DNA of 64,000 bases from an uncultured delta proteobacterium (GTDB lineage Bacteria > Desulfobacterota > Syntrophia > Syntrophales > UBA5619), in the NCBI GenBank assembly GCA_963842685.1, contig CAWJHT010000043.1, positions 384 through 64,383 on the forward strand, in the 5' to 3' direction. This document shows, one piece after another, positions 32,826 to 43,512 of the stretch. A model generated the notes under the pieces. That model was not told the DNA's origin, did not search any database, and saw only the letters and a program-made list of their open reading frames with translations. The position numbers were made by a program, and so were the translations under genes. Numbering within the stretch: position 1 is the stretch's first letter; each line of letters starts with the position of its first letter.

Positions 32826-34004
32826 ATGGAGTTGCTTAAGGGCGTAAAAATAGTGGACCTTACCGCAGCGATAGCAGGCACGCTAGGCACGCTGGTGTTG
32901 GCAGACTTAGGAGCGGATGTCATCAAGATAGAGCCTTTGAAGGGTGAACATTATAGAACCGCCCTGAATGGCGCAATCGTACTTGCCATGAATCGGAACA
33001 AGCGTGGGGTTGCCCTGGACCTTAAAACTAAAGAGGGACAAGATATTGTACTGAACTTGATTAAGAAAGCGGATGTGTTCGTCGAAAACTTTGTCCCCGG
33101 CACGATAGAAAAACTGGGCCTTGGCTACGAGAGGGTTAAGGAAGTCAAGCCCGATATTATCTACTGTTCCGTTTCCGGTTTCGGTCAACACGGTCCTATG
33201 AGTCGAAGACCTTCCTATGATCCTGTGGCCCAGGCGATGGCAGGCATCATGATCGCGACGGGAGAAAAAGACGGTAAGCCATGCAGACAGGTTACATCGC
33301 TCATCGATATGACTGCAGGCCTCTATGGGGCCATAGCGATACTGGCCAGTTTGAACAATCGGCAAATTACGGGACAGGGCCAGAGGCTAGATATATCCAT
33401 GCTGGATACTGCCGTCTCCGCCATGAATTACTTTCTCACTTGGCACTCGCTAACCGGCAACCTGCCAACCCGCCAGGGGTCCGGCACACCGGGATGGACG
33501 CCGTATGAGGCGTTTGATACGAAAGATAAACCGGTATGGATCGGCGTGTCATCCGACAAGTTCTGGCATGCGTTCTGCGAGGCACTTAATTTAGAAGATT
33601 TGGGAAAAGATGGACGTTTTTTGAATGACACGGGTAGACGGGAACACCGCGAGGAACTCGTTGCCAAGGTAGCTGATATCTGCATGCAGTATACAAGCGA
33701 AGAGCTGGATAGAAAGCTCCAAGAGGCCGGTGTACCGGTAGGAATACTATCAACAGTTGCGGAGGTACCCGATAATCCTCAAGTGCAGTTTCGAAACCTT
33801 ATCGATGAGTTTCAGTACCCAGGCAGAGGAAGGGTCAAGACTGTCAAAACGCCTATTATGGTTGAAGGAATGCTTCCGGATGCAAGGATGCAGGCTCCGC
33901 ATATCGGTGAGCACACGGTAGAGATTCTCAAGGAGCACGGATATAGCGACTCAGACATCCGGGGGTTTATCAGTCACGGGATTGTCATGCAACACACGGC
34001 ATGA
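32826..34004 (+). CDS. class III (CaiB/BaiF-family) CoA-transferase
   Basis: GVKIVDLTAAIAGTLGTLVLADLGADVIKIEP, ..NRNKRGVALDLK.., ..FVENFVPG... ATG behind GGAGGAAG (the ORF track starts 12 nt earlier at TTG). Confidence 0.9.
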   Translation: MELLKGVKIVDLTAAIAGTLGTLVLADLGADVIKIEPLKGEHYRTALNGAIVLAMNRNKRGVALDLKTKEGQDIVLNLIKKADVFVENFVPGTIEKLGLGYERVKEVKPDIIYCSVSGFGQHGPMSRRPSYDPVAQAMAGIMIATGEKDGKPCRQVTSLIDMTAGLYGAIAILASLNNRQITGQGQRLDISMLDTAVSAMNYFLTWHSLTGNLPTRQGSGTPGWTPYEAFDTKDKPVWIGVSSDKFWHAFCEALNLEDLGKDGRFLNDTGRREHREELVAKVADICMQYTSEELDRKLQEAGVPVGILSTVAEVPDNPQVQFRNLIDEFQYPGRGRVKTVKTPIMVEGMLPDARMQAPHIGEHTVEILKEHGYSDSDIRGFISHGIVMQHTA

Positions 34005-34019
34005 AAATGGGGGATTCAG

Positions 34020-34958
34020 ATGGCTATGCCGGATAAGATTACAGTCGTCGAAGTGGGACCTCGGGACGGTTTCCAAATGGAACCGAATTTTATTCCGACC
34101 GAGAAGAAGATACAGATCATAGATCAGCTTTCCGAAACCGGCATCAAGAGGATGGAAGTGACCTCTTTTGTCCATCCGAAGGCAGTTCCTCAGCTTGCGG
34201 ATGCTTCTGAAATCATGGCAAGAATTAAGAAAAAACCCGGCGTACGCTATGAGGTGCTCATACCGAATCTTAAAGGCATGGAAAGGGCTCTGAAGTCAGG
34301 CGTTCGTGATATTACACTAGTCGTTTCGGCGAGTGAAACCCACAATCAGAGCAACATGAGAATGTCGGTGGCTGAGTCGCTCAATGACTTTAAGCAGGTT
34401 GTACGGATGGCACATGAAAATGGTGTAAGAGTGACCGGTAGTGTGGCTACGGCTTTCGGGTGCGCCTTCGAAGGGTTGGTGAAGCAGCAGAAAGTTGAGA
34501 GTATCGTGGCGGAATATCTTTCCATGGGTATTCACGAAATTACACTGGCCGATACCACGGGTATGGCGGATCCGCTCGCCGTTAAAGATTTGGTGCAAAA
34601 GACAATGATTCAGCTCAATGGGATACCGTTACGTCTTCATCTTCATAATACCCGGGGACAAGGTTTGGCAAATGTATTGGCTGCAATGCAGGAAGGTGTC
34701 ACCCTTTTCGATGCTTCAATCTGCGGTCTGGGAGGATGTCCTTTTTCTCCAGGGGCGACTGGTAATATACCCACGGCAGACTTGGTAAACATGTTGCATA
34801 GCATGGGTCTTCAGACAAATGTTGATCTTGCAAGACTTATAGAGTGCGAAAAAGACACACAGATCCTGATAGGGCACGATGTTCCAGGCCAGGTGATGAG
34901 AGCCGGTGCGACCCCATGGGCTCTTGAAGTTAAGAATCCAACGAAAAGGAGGAAGTAA
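34020..34958 (+). CDS. HMG-CoA-lyase-like (HMGL family) lyase
   Basis: VEVGPRDGFQ, TSFVHPKAVPQ, LHLHNTRGQG, GLGGCPFSPGATGNIPT. Confidence 0.9.
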   Translation: MAMPDKITVVEVGPRDGFQMEPNFIPTEKKIQIIDQLSETGIKRMEVTSFVHPKAVPQLADASEIMARIKKKPGVRYEVLIPNLKGMERALKSGVRDITLVVSASETHNQSNMRMSVAESLNDFKQVVRMAHENGVRVTGSVATAFGCAFEGLVKQQKVESIVAEYLSMGIHEITLADTTGMADPLAVKDLVQKTMIQLNGIPLRLHLHNTRGQGLANVLAAMQEGVTLFDASICGLGGCPFSPGATGNIPTADLVNMLHSMGLQTNVDLARLIECEKDTQILIGHDVPGQVMRAGATPWALEVKNPTKRRK

Positions 34959-34962
34959 AAAA

Positions 34963-36137
34963 ATGAAAATGCTTCGCTGCGTCATCATGAGAGGTGGAAC
35001 CAGTAAAGGGGTTTATTTTCATGAGAATGAACTTCCCAAGGATCCTGAGCTTCGGGACAAGATTATTCTCGATGTCTTTGGCAGCCCGGATGTCAGAGAG
35101 ATTGACGGGCTTGGCGGCGCGGACGTTCTGACCAGCAAGGTCTGTATCATCGGCCCGTCGAATCGGGAGGATGCGGATGTCGATTATACCTTTGGCCAGG
35201 TAATTGTCGATAAACCCATCGTCGATCATTCTATCAATTGCGGCAATCTATCATCCGGCGTGGGACCCTTTGCCATTGATGAAGGCTTGGTAAAGGCGGT
35301 TGAACCCATGACGAAAGTCAGGATTTATAATACGAACACCAAGAAGGTGTTCATCGCCAATGTTCCGGTAAAAGACGGCAAGGCGGTTGTCGCCGGTGAT
35401 TACCATATCGACGGGGTCCCGGGAACGGGCGCAAAGATCGAGCTTGATTTCGCCGCCACCGCGGGCACGGTCAGGGGCACCCTCCTGCCGACCGGCAAGG
35501 TCAAGGAAACATTGAAGATCGATGAGCTCGGAGAGATCGAGGTCTCCATCGTCGACGCCGCCAACCCGACGATTTTTGCGCATGCCGAGGATATCGGCAT
35601 CAAGGGAACGGAAAGATTCCCGGAACTGATCGCAAATGCCGAGATCTGGCGGAAGGCGGAACTGGTTCGGGGCGCCGCGGCAGAGATGCTGGGATTCGTG
35701 AAAGACGGAGGAATTCATCCGTTGAAAACCCCGCCGCACCCTTCAGTGTCTTCATCTCCCGGGCTTCCGACTATGTAAGTTATTCCGGTAAGGTCGTCAA
35801 GGCAGACACCATTGATTTCAGGGGTATTCTCTGGGCGGCCCGCGAGGTCAGCAAGGCCTATGCCGTGACCGGCACCATCTGCACAGGAGCAGCGGCGATG
35901 ACCGAAGGAACCATCGTAAATGAATTTTTATCGGAAAGATCGCTTAAAGCGGGAGTGGTCAGAATCGGCCATCCCTCCGGAATCATCGAGGTGCAGGTAG
36001 ACGTCAAAAAGGAAGCAGATGAATTCAAACTGAAGAAAGCAATCGTGTACAGAACTGCTCGCAGGATCATGGAGGGGTATGTTTATCTCAAGCCATGGAC
36101 GTTGGGAGAAGACAATGGGCAGATGAGATCGCATTAA
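34963..36137 (+). CDS. PrpF / 3-methylitaconate isomerase (Mii) family isomerase; 1-nt frame break near 35735
   Basis: MRGGTSKGVYF, INCGNLSSGVGPFAIDEG, then after the break FSVFISRASDY..AVTGTICTGAAAMTEGTIV..VRIGHPSGIIEV. The break lies in an A4C4 run. Confidence 0.8.
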
Positions 36138-36309
36138 TGGTGAAATATACGATAAGATTAGCCAGGTTAAGGTAGCGCAAAAAGTCCCGGATGCTTTTCG
36201 ACGATGAGAAAAAAGCGATGATCGAATCAGGGGATGAGACTATGAGGTTTATGTTGATGAGCGGTTAATGATAAACGGGTGAAATTCACAGTTTGGAGGA
36301 AGCACACAG

Positions 36310-38284
36310 ATGTCCGAAAAATCTGAAATTGAAAGAATAGTATCGCTCGGCGAAATTAAGGAAGGCACCGACCTGTCCGCTCAAGAACCGACCCCAAAGA
36401 CCCTACTCAATACGTGCATTCGATGGCTTTCCGTTGTGTTTACGATATACATGTTTTATGCAACGATTGAAGGCCCCTATAAAACGACCATCGTCCACCG
36501 GGCGTTATTTCTGGTCGTCATGCTTTTCATCTTTTTCTCCTCTGAAAATCCGCTGAAAATCGGAAAACAGGGCAAGTACAAAACCCTTGGTAAGGCAATC
36601 GACTGGATCCTGGTCATTGCCAGTGTCGTTTCCCTGGGATACGTGGTTCTGTATTACGATAAAATATTGGGCGCCATGGGTGCAAGCTCATTGAACAACT
36701 GGGAAATTTTTCTAGGGGTGCTCATCGTTATTTGTGTGCTGGAGATGGCCCGGAGAACAAATACCGCCTTCTTCATCCTGGGGGTTCTCGGCGTCGCCTA
36801 TACGATGTTTGGCAATTATCTCCCCGGCATGTTCAATCATCCGGGGATGAGTTTTAAACGCATGATATTCCTCACCTCCTTTACCGAAGAGGGGATCTTC
36901 GGCCTGGGACTTGCGGTTGCTTCGACTTATTTGTTTATGTTTATTCTGTTCGGAGCCGCTTTGGCGGGAACCAGGGCCAGCGTCTATCTCATGGACCTGT
37001 GCAATGGGCTGGTGGGACAAACAGATGGCGGCCCCGCAAAAACCGCGGTCATCGGCAGCGGACTGATGGGGATGGTTTCCGGCAGCTCGATCGCCAACGT
37101 CGTCTCCACCGGTTCGATAACGATCCCGCTCATGAAAAAACTGGGTTTCAAACCGCATATTGCGGCGGCCATCGAGGTTACCGCATCTGAAGGCGGGCAG
37201 CTTATGCCCCCGGTCATGGGAGCGGCAGCCTTTATCATGGCGGAAATCACGGGAATTTCTTACACCACTATCGCGATTGCGGCGATCATTCCGGCATTAC
37301 TCTATTACTTCAATGCCTTTTTCATCGTTCATTTTGAAGCGAAGAAATCCGGCATTAAGGGTATGTCCAAAGCAGATATCCCCGAATGGAAAAAGGTGCT
37401 CGTTGAGAGCTGGCATGTCCTTATCCCGATTCTCGTTCTGTTCTACCTTTTAATGGTCGAGGCGTATACCGCCATGTTTGCCGGATTTATGTGCATTATT
37501 TTGACCATTGGCGCTGCTCAGTTGAGACCGGTCACGAGGATCCCCTTCAGCAAGATAATGGACATCATGGAAAATGGTGTCCGCGACGTTGCCGGCATCA
37601 TGGCAATTCTGGCCGGGCTCGGCTTGATTTCCCAAGCCATTGTCATCACCGGGCTGGGGGCCCGTCTGAGTGAGATTCTCGTTGCGCTCGTCGGCGGCTC
37701 GACCATAGGGATCGTTTTAATAAGCGTCGTCATTACCCTTATCCTGGGGTGCGGTATGCCTACCCCCATCGCTTACGTTCTCGTTGCCATGTTTGTCGGA
37801 CCTGCGATGGTCAATGCAGGTTTCCTCCTTCTGGCAACCCACATGTTCCTGTTCTACTTTGCGATCAAGTCCGGTTCCACGCCCCCGGTGGCGGTGGTTG
37901 CCGCCGTAGGGGCAGGGATCGCCGGCGCCGATTTCTGGAAGACGGCGGTAAAGTCGACGGTATTCAGCCTGGCCTCGTCTCTGATCGCCTTTGGTTTTCT
38001 GTATAATCCCTCACTGCTTCTGATAGGGAATCCCTGGCTTCATCATTGTAGATTCCCTCGCTGCCTTTTTCGGCGCCTATGCGATGGCCGCAACGGTCCA
38101 GGGCTGGTTATTTACCCGTTGCAGCGCGATGGAACGAGTTGCGTTGTTCGTAGGGGCTGTTGTCTTATTGTTCCGGAGATCATTACCGACATTGTCGGGT
38201 GCGGTGATCGTCGGGGTGATCATGTATCTCTCCCACCGCAAGGCCAAAACGGAAAAATTTGCCCAGGCAGCGTTAGCTTTGTAA
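36310..38284 (+). CDS. TRAP transporter fused permease (TAXI-associated 4TM/12TM fusion); frame break near 38035
   Basis: Polytopic ~655 aa. The C-terminus ..GFIIVDSLAAFFGAYAMAATVQGWLF..YLSHRKAKTEKFAQAALAL is recovered in the 38084 ORF frame. Confidence 0.85.
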
Positions 38285-38373
38285 CAAAACCGTGCTTCAT
38301 GTGGCAGGTATGGTGCCGCCGGCGCCAAAAAGTGTAACCTATTAAAAAGAGGATATCGAAAGGAGGGTTTTTT

Positions 38374-39335
38374 ATGAAAAAGGGGAGAAATCTGCTTTGC
38401 GCTCTGCTGGTAAGCTGTCTTGTTCCATCGGTGGCTCTGGCAGCAGCGGTCAATTGGGCCGTGGGAACATCCAGTTCCGGGTCAGGTCCCTATAAATGGG
38501 GTGTGGGTCTGGCCAGTGTGGTCAACAAACATCAAAACGCAGTGAAGATCTCTGCACAGGCTACTGCGGGTTACAATGAGAATTCCGTTTTGGTAGCGGA
38601 GAAGGATATCGTTCTGGGCCTGCAGACTGCCAACGATATCTATACCGCCTATCACCAGATCGGCAAATATGCCAATCAGAAAAAGTATGAAAATCTGAGA
38701 TTTTGTTTCGCTTTGGCCGTAGAACACGGCCATCAGGTGGTGCGGGCCGACTCGAACATCAAAACGATTCCGGATCTCAAAGGAAGGAAATTCAACATCA
38801 ACTCGCCGGCCACCGCCACATCCGAGCGCAATGAAGCTATTTTAGCGGCCTATGGTTTTTCCAAGAAAGATTTCAAGATTTTTGAATTAAGCACCGGCGA
38901 AACGTTCAATGCCTTGAGGGACAAGGTCATCGAAGGAACGTCCAACGGCTACAGCATCGGCCACGCCCCGCTCGTCGACCTCTCCACGAGCATCCCCGTC
39001 AGGCTTCTGGAAATTGGCGAAAAGGAATTTACCAAGTTCAACGCGCTGCAGAACAACACCATGTCCTACGGTGTCATTCCCGGAAAGACCTATAAGGGCC
39101 AGGATACGGATGTCAAGACCTGGGAGGGCTATAGCATCGTATTTACACATAAGGATGCCGATGAGCAGCTGATCTACGAAGTCACGAAGGCATTCTGGAA
39201 GAATTTGAATGAGGCGAAAACCATCGATGCCGGGTTCAGACAACTTTCACCCAGAAGGCCCTGGGGGGCAGATCCGACGTTCCGCTGCATCCCGGTGCGC
39301 AGAGATACTTCAAGGAAGCCGGTTTGCTGAAATAA
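38374..39335 (+). CDS. TAXI-family TRAP transporter solute-binding protein; frame break in a G6 run near 39260
   Basis: Signal peptide plus ..AVGTSSSGSGPYKWGVGLA... The shifted tail ..SDVPLHPGAQRYFKEAGLLK-stop is the typical TAXI C-terminus. Confidence 0.85.
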
Positions 39336-39351
39336 GTAACACCTCCGGGCG

Positions 39352-39699
39352 ATGCCATCCGGCGGGAACATGACGGCGGCAGGGGCCATGCTGGTGGCGA
39401 GCTCTCTGGCGGGCATTTCGTTCGGGAGTTGCCCGGCTCGGCAATGTTCACGCCATGGCCCAGCCACTGGGCGGGTTCTTCGAGGCGGCAATGTAATGTA
39501 CCAAAGGGATCGACTATGGGCATTACCGAGGACCTGGCAACTTTTTCAACCGGATGAGCAAGGCCGACCTGATCGCCAAGTACCGGGACTGTGCAGCCCA
39601 GGTGATGAACCGGGAGCGCATGGACCGCTCCGTGGAGCTGCTCGAGGACTCGACAGGCTCGGCGACATCGGTGAATTGACGGACGTACTGTGCGCATAG
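39352..39699 (+). pseudogene. 3' remnant of an MmgE/PrpD-family gene (only ~110 C-terminal codons, frame-disrupted)
   Basis: GIDYGHYRGPGNFFNRMSKADLIAKYRDCAAQVMNRERMDRSVELLEDL / DRLGDIGELTDVLCA-stop fits the PrpD-family C-terminal pattern (P.G.P.NP.S...L..KF......L.......L...V..LE.L.D..EL). There is no room for the ~340 N-terminal codons. Confidence 0.5.
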
Positions 39700-39768
39700 T
39701 ACGCTGTTGTTTCCCGGCGTGACTACATTTCCCCATGCCGGGGAAGGGCTATTCAGAAAGGACTGAGG

Positions 39769-40287
39769 ATGCTATCGGAAATCGAGAAAGAGACGATCTT
39801 GGCCCGCGTTGCAACAAAGGCCGGCGACTACGAGGAAGCTGCCGTCAGTTGCTCGCAGGGCACCTTCGCCGCCCTCCAGGAGGAGTTCAACCTGGGCGGG
39901 GGAACGGAGATGATAAAGGCGGCAACGTTCATGCCGGGAATGGCCAGTCGAAAAGAGACATGCGGGGCAGTGGTAGGGTGCCTCATGGCCCTGGGGCTTA
40001 AATTCGGAAAGGACAAAATCCATGATGCCGCACCCGTGACACCGGACGGAAAAGAAGAGATGCTGAGGTCGCGGCAGAAGGCATGGAGGTTCTGTGAGGA
40101 TTTCAAGAAGGAGTTCGGCAGTACCATGTGCGGCGATATCCGCCCGATCATCATGGGCAGGGATTACGATACCATGGACCCAGCAGAGATGCAGCGGTTC
40201 CTCGACGATGGGGGGCCGAAGAAATGTCGTGTCGTAGCCGAAAAAGCAGCGCGAATCACCGCCTCGATCATCATGGAACGATCATAA
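39769..40287 (+). CDS. C_GCAxxG_C_C family protein
   Basis: 172 aa with CSQGTF.., ETCGAVVGCLMALG, ..CGDI.., ..KKCRVV.. (family Cys pattern). Confidence 0.85.
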   Translation: MLSEIEKETILARVATKAGDYEEAAVSCSQGTFAALQEEFNLGGGTEMIKAATFMPGMASRKETCGAVVGCLMALGLKFGKDKIHDAAPVTPDGKEEMLRSRQKAWRFCEDFKKEFGSTMCGDIRPIIMGRDYDTMDPAEMQRFLDDGGPKKCRVVAEKAARITASIIMERS

Positions 40288-40314
40288 GGAACACCCCCCG
40301 CAGGAGAGACGCGC

Positions 40315-41232
40315 TCAGGTCGCGGCCGCCGATGCCAGTCGATCGGCGAGTACCGTCGTCTTCAGGTACGCGGCCAGTGCGAGCCGTTCATCACGAGTGA
40401 GCGACACATAGGGCGGGTAGGGTTCGCCGACCGGCAGGCCGATCAGGTTCATCGCCGTCTTCATCGTCGGCGCGAGCCCTCGATGCATCCATTTCGAGGG
40501 GAATAGGGCGAACTGGAGTTGCAGGGTTGCCGCTCCTTCGTAGTCCCTTGCCACGAATGCGTCGATGATATGGCGTGCGATCTCCGCGGCAGGCGGCGGC
40601 ATGGTCGCGCCCGAACCGCCCAGTTGCAGCGTGGCGAGCAGCATCTGCATGGTGGTGAAATAGCGCGCATGGCCGGCGTGGTCGATCTCGACGATCAGGC
40701 GGGAGACGCGGGCGAGATCGCGCGAGCTTTCCTTGATCATCTGTACGCGGGGCAGCTGCGCGAGCGCGATCGTCGTGGGGATGGAGAGGTCGGCGCCCGG
40801 TCCGGGATTGAGATAAAGCGTGATCGGAAGCGCTGTCTCCCCGGACACGGCCTCGAAATAGGCGATGAGGTCGCTCTCGGTCGGCGGGCCGGCAAAGGGG
40901 CGCAACGGCGCCAATAGTTGCACGGCCGCGGCGCCGAGGCTTTCGGCGTAGTGGGCGAGTTCGATCGCCGTCTTGAACGAAGGGTGCGAAACCCCGACCA
41001 TTACCGGCGCGCGCCTGTCGACGAACTCGATCGTGCGCCGGATGAGGGCCTTGCGGTCTTCCATGCTGAGATACGTGTATTCCTGCATCTCCACGCCGGC
41101 CGCGACCACCATCGTGGCTCGACAATCTTCGACGATGTAGTCTATCTGCCGTCGCAGCGCCGGCTCATCGATCTTCAGGTCCGCGGTGAAGGGCGTCAGC
41201 GGTGCTACGATCAGTCCATGTGATATTTCCAT
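40315..41232 (-). CDS. dihydrodipicolinate synthase/N-acetylneuraminate lyase family (class I aldolase) protein
   Basis: MEISHGLIVAPLTPFTADLKIDEPALRRQIDYIV..VVAAGVEMQEYTYLS..VGVSHPS..YLNPG. Start set at the Met giving a 305-aa product; the ORF track extends 83 codons further upstream through non-coding-looking sequence. Confidence 0.85.
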   Translation of the reverse strand: MEISHGLIVAPLTPFTADLKIDEPALRRQIDYIVEDCRATMVVAAGVEMQEYTYLSMEDRKALIRRTIEFVDRRAPVMVGVSHPSFKTAIELAHYAESLGAAAVQLLAPLRPFAGPPTESDLIAYFEAVSGETALPITLYLNPGPGADLSIPTTIALAQLPRVQMIKESSRDLARVSRLIVEIDHAGHARYFTTMQMLLATLQLGGSGATMPPPAAEIARHIIDAFVARDYEGAATLQLQFALFPSKWMHRGLAPTMKTAMNLIGLPVGEPYPPYVSLTRDERLALAAYLKTTVLADRLASAAAT

Positions 41233-41363
41233 CGTTTTCCTTCCCTTTGTTTTGCAGCTGCGATTTGGTTTGAATAATAAGAACACACTTATCAGCAACT
41301 TATAGGAAGGATGATCTTGTGTGTCAAGGAAATTTTGGCCATAAAAAATGGGGTGCGGAATAT

Positions 41364-41384
41364 ATGATGATGATGATGATGATG
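41364..41384. repeat. (ATG)7 trinucleotide microsatellite
   Basis: atgatgatgatgatgatgatg, ~130 nt upstream of the aldolase-family gene start. Confidence 0.95.
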
Positions 41385-41416
41385 GAAAGTCTGTACTCGA
41401 TGCGTTTTCTTGTCGA

Positions 41417-41463
41417 GCAGAAAAGCAGAAAAGAGGGTGCGACTCCCGTGGGGCCGCACCCTC
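41417..41463 (-). terminator. rho-independent terminator downstream of glnK
   Basis: Minus strand reads GAGGGTGCG-loop-CGCACCCTC (9-bp stem) followed by CTTTTCTGCTTTTCTG. Confidence 0.7.
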
Positions 41464-41565
41464 TCGTCGCTTGGGCGTCAAGAGAGCGCCCTAATTTCTT
41501 TCCACACTATTGCAGAGTAAATCTCTTGATGGTTCGGACTTTTCCCTTGACCGGCGTGACGTATT

Positions 41566-41907
41566 TCAGCCCACGGCCTTGGGACCCGTCTCGCCGGTCC
41601 GCACCTGGATGCACTCCTCCAGCGGGACGACGAAGATCTTGCCGTCGCCGATTTTTCCGGTCCGGGCGCCCTTGATGATCGCCTCGACGGTCGGTTTGAC
41701 GAATTCGTCGTTGACCGCGATCTCGAAGCGGACCTTGTCCAGGAGGTTGACCTCGGTGAAGGCGCCCCGGTAGGACTCGGTATACCCGCCCTGCGCGCCG
41801 CAGCCGATGACGTTGGAGACGGTCATCTTTCCCACGTTCGCCTTGACGAGGGCCTGCTTCACGTCGGTCAGTTTTTCCGGTTTTACGATGGCTATGATCA
41901 GTTTCAT
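41566..41907 (-). CDS. glnK: nitrogen regulatory protein P-II
   Basis: 113 aa: [20 protein letters not shown].., T-loop [11 protein letters not shown], ..[11 protein letters not shown]. Directly downstream of amtB. Confidence 0.95.
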   Translation of the reverse strand: MKLIIAIVKPEKLTDVKQALVKANVGKMTVSNVIGCGAQGGYTESYRGAFTEVNLLDKVRFEIAVNDEFVKPTVEAIIKGARTGKIGDGKIFVVPLEECIQVRTGETGPKAVG

Positions 41908-41948
41908 GTTGTATTCTCCTTTCATGTAATGGGCCTTGCGAAGCGAGA

Positions 41949-43450
41949 TCACTTCGTCAGGAACCCCTGGAAGTCGGGATAGGCCTTTGTGCCGTGTTCG
42001 CCGAGATCCAGTCCGGCGATCTCCTCTTCGACCGACACCCTGAGCCCCATGACCATCTTTATCACGTACCACACGGCGAAGGCGACGATGAAGGTGAAAA
42101 CCCCGACCGCCACGACGCCCGCCGCCTGTGCGGCGAGAAGCTTGAACCCGCCGCCGAAGAAAAGACCGTTCCCGGTCGCCGTCCCCGTGATTTTGTCCTG
42201 GGCGAAGAGGCCCACGGCCAGGGTGCCGAAAACGCCGTTGACCAGGTGGACCGAGAGCGCGCCCACCGGATCGTCGAGCTTCAGTTTGTCGAACATCAGG
42301 ACGGCGAAGACCACGAGCACGCCGGCGATGAGGCCGATGACGGCCGACGACCCGACGCTCACGAAGGCGCAGGGCGCCGTGACGGCCACCAGCCCCGCGA
42401 GCGCGCCGTTGATGATCATGGAGAGATCGGGTTTCTTCTGGATCAGCCACGACACCAGGGTCGAGCTGAGGATGGCCATCGCGGCCGCGGTGTTGGTGGT
42501 GACGGCGATGTGCGCGATGGCGCTGCCGTCGCCCACGCCCATGGTGGATCCGGGGTTGAATCCGAACCACCCGAACCACAGGACGAGTCCCCCGAGGGTC
42601 ACCATGGACATGCTGTGACCGAAAATCGGGTTGACCGACCCGTCGGCGCGGTACTTGCCGGTGCGGGACCCGAGCAGGATCACGCCGGCGAGCGCCGACC
42701 ATCCGCCGACCGAGTGGACGACCGTGGATCCGGCAAAGTCAAACATGCCCAGCGATTGCAGGAATCCGCCGCCCCAGATCCAGTGGCCCGTGATCGGGTA
42801 CATGATCCCCACCAGGATGAAGGAAAAGAAGATGAAGGAGTGGAACTTGATCCGTTCCGCCACGGCGCCCGAAACGATCGTGGCGGCCGTCCCGGCGAAG
42901 ACCAGCTGGAAGAAGAACTTCGCCCAGAGCGGCACGCCGGTCCAGTTGAGCGCGGCGTAGACGCCCTTGTACGCGTCGCCCATCGCCGGGCTGTTGTCGG
43001 CCCCGCCGGCGAAGAAGAGACCCTCAAGCCCCACGAAGGGGTTGCCGTTTCCGAACATGAGCCCCCAGCCGATGAACCAGAACGATGCCGAGGCGATGGC
43101 AAAGACGATGAAGTTCTTCGCCAGGATGTTGACCGTGTTCTTGGCCCGGCACAATCCCGACTCCACCATGGCGAAGCCCAGGTTCATGAAAAAGACGAGA
43201 AACGCGGTGAACAGCACCCATGCCGTATCCACCCCCACCTGCATGGAGCTTTTCAGGTCGTCCAGCGCTTTTTGCGTGACCGGGGCGGACGGGCGCCGGA
43301 GCGGCGCGGTGCAGGCGCGGCGGCTGCCGGGGCGGCCGGCTGACTCAATGCGGGCGACGCTTGTCCCGGCGCCTCTCCGGCGAGGGCCGGAGCGGCTGCC
43401 GCACACAACAGACAGAGCATCATGATCGAAATGCCGATTAACCTTTTCAT
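41949..43450 (-). CDS. amtB: ammonium transporter (Amt family); frame break near 43300 in the signal-peptide/linker region
   Basis: [48 protein letters not shown]-terminal signal peptide [24 protein letters not shown] lies in the 43253..43510 frame. Confidence 0.9.
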
Positions 43451-43512
43451 TTTTGTTACCTCCTGTTTTTCTGTCGCCCCCGTCCGGGGCGACGTCAAGT
43501 GATGGGCCATTC

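Noticed and set aside
41319-41675. 118-aa plus ORF containing MMMMMMM.
   Set aside because: The Met run is just the (ATG)7 microsatellite read in frame. The rest overlaps the glnK terminator and the antisense of the glnK 3' end.
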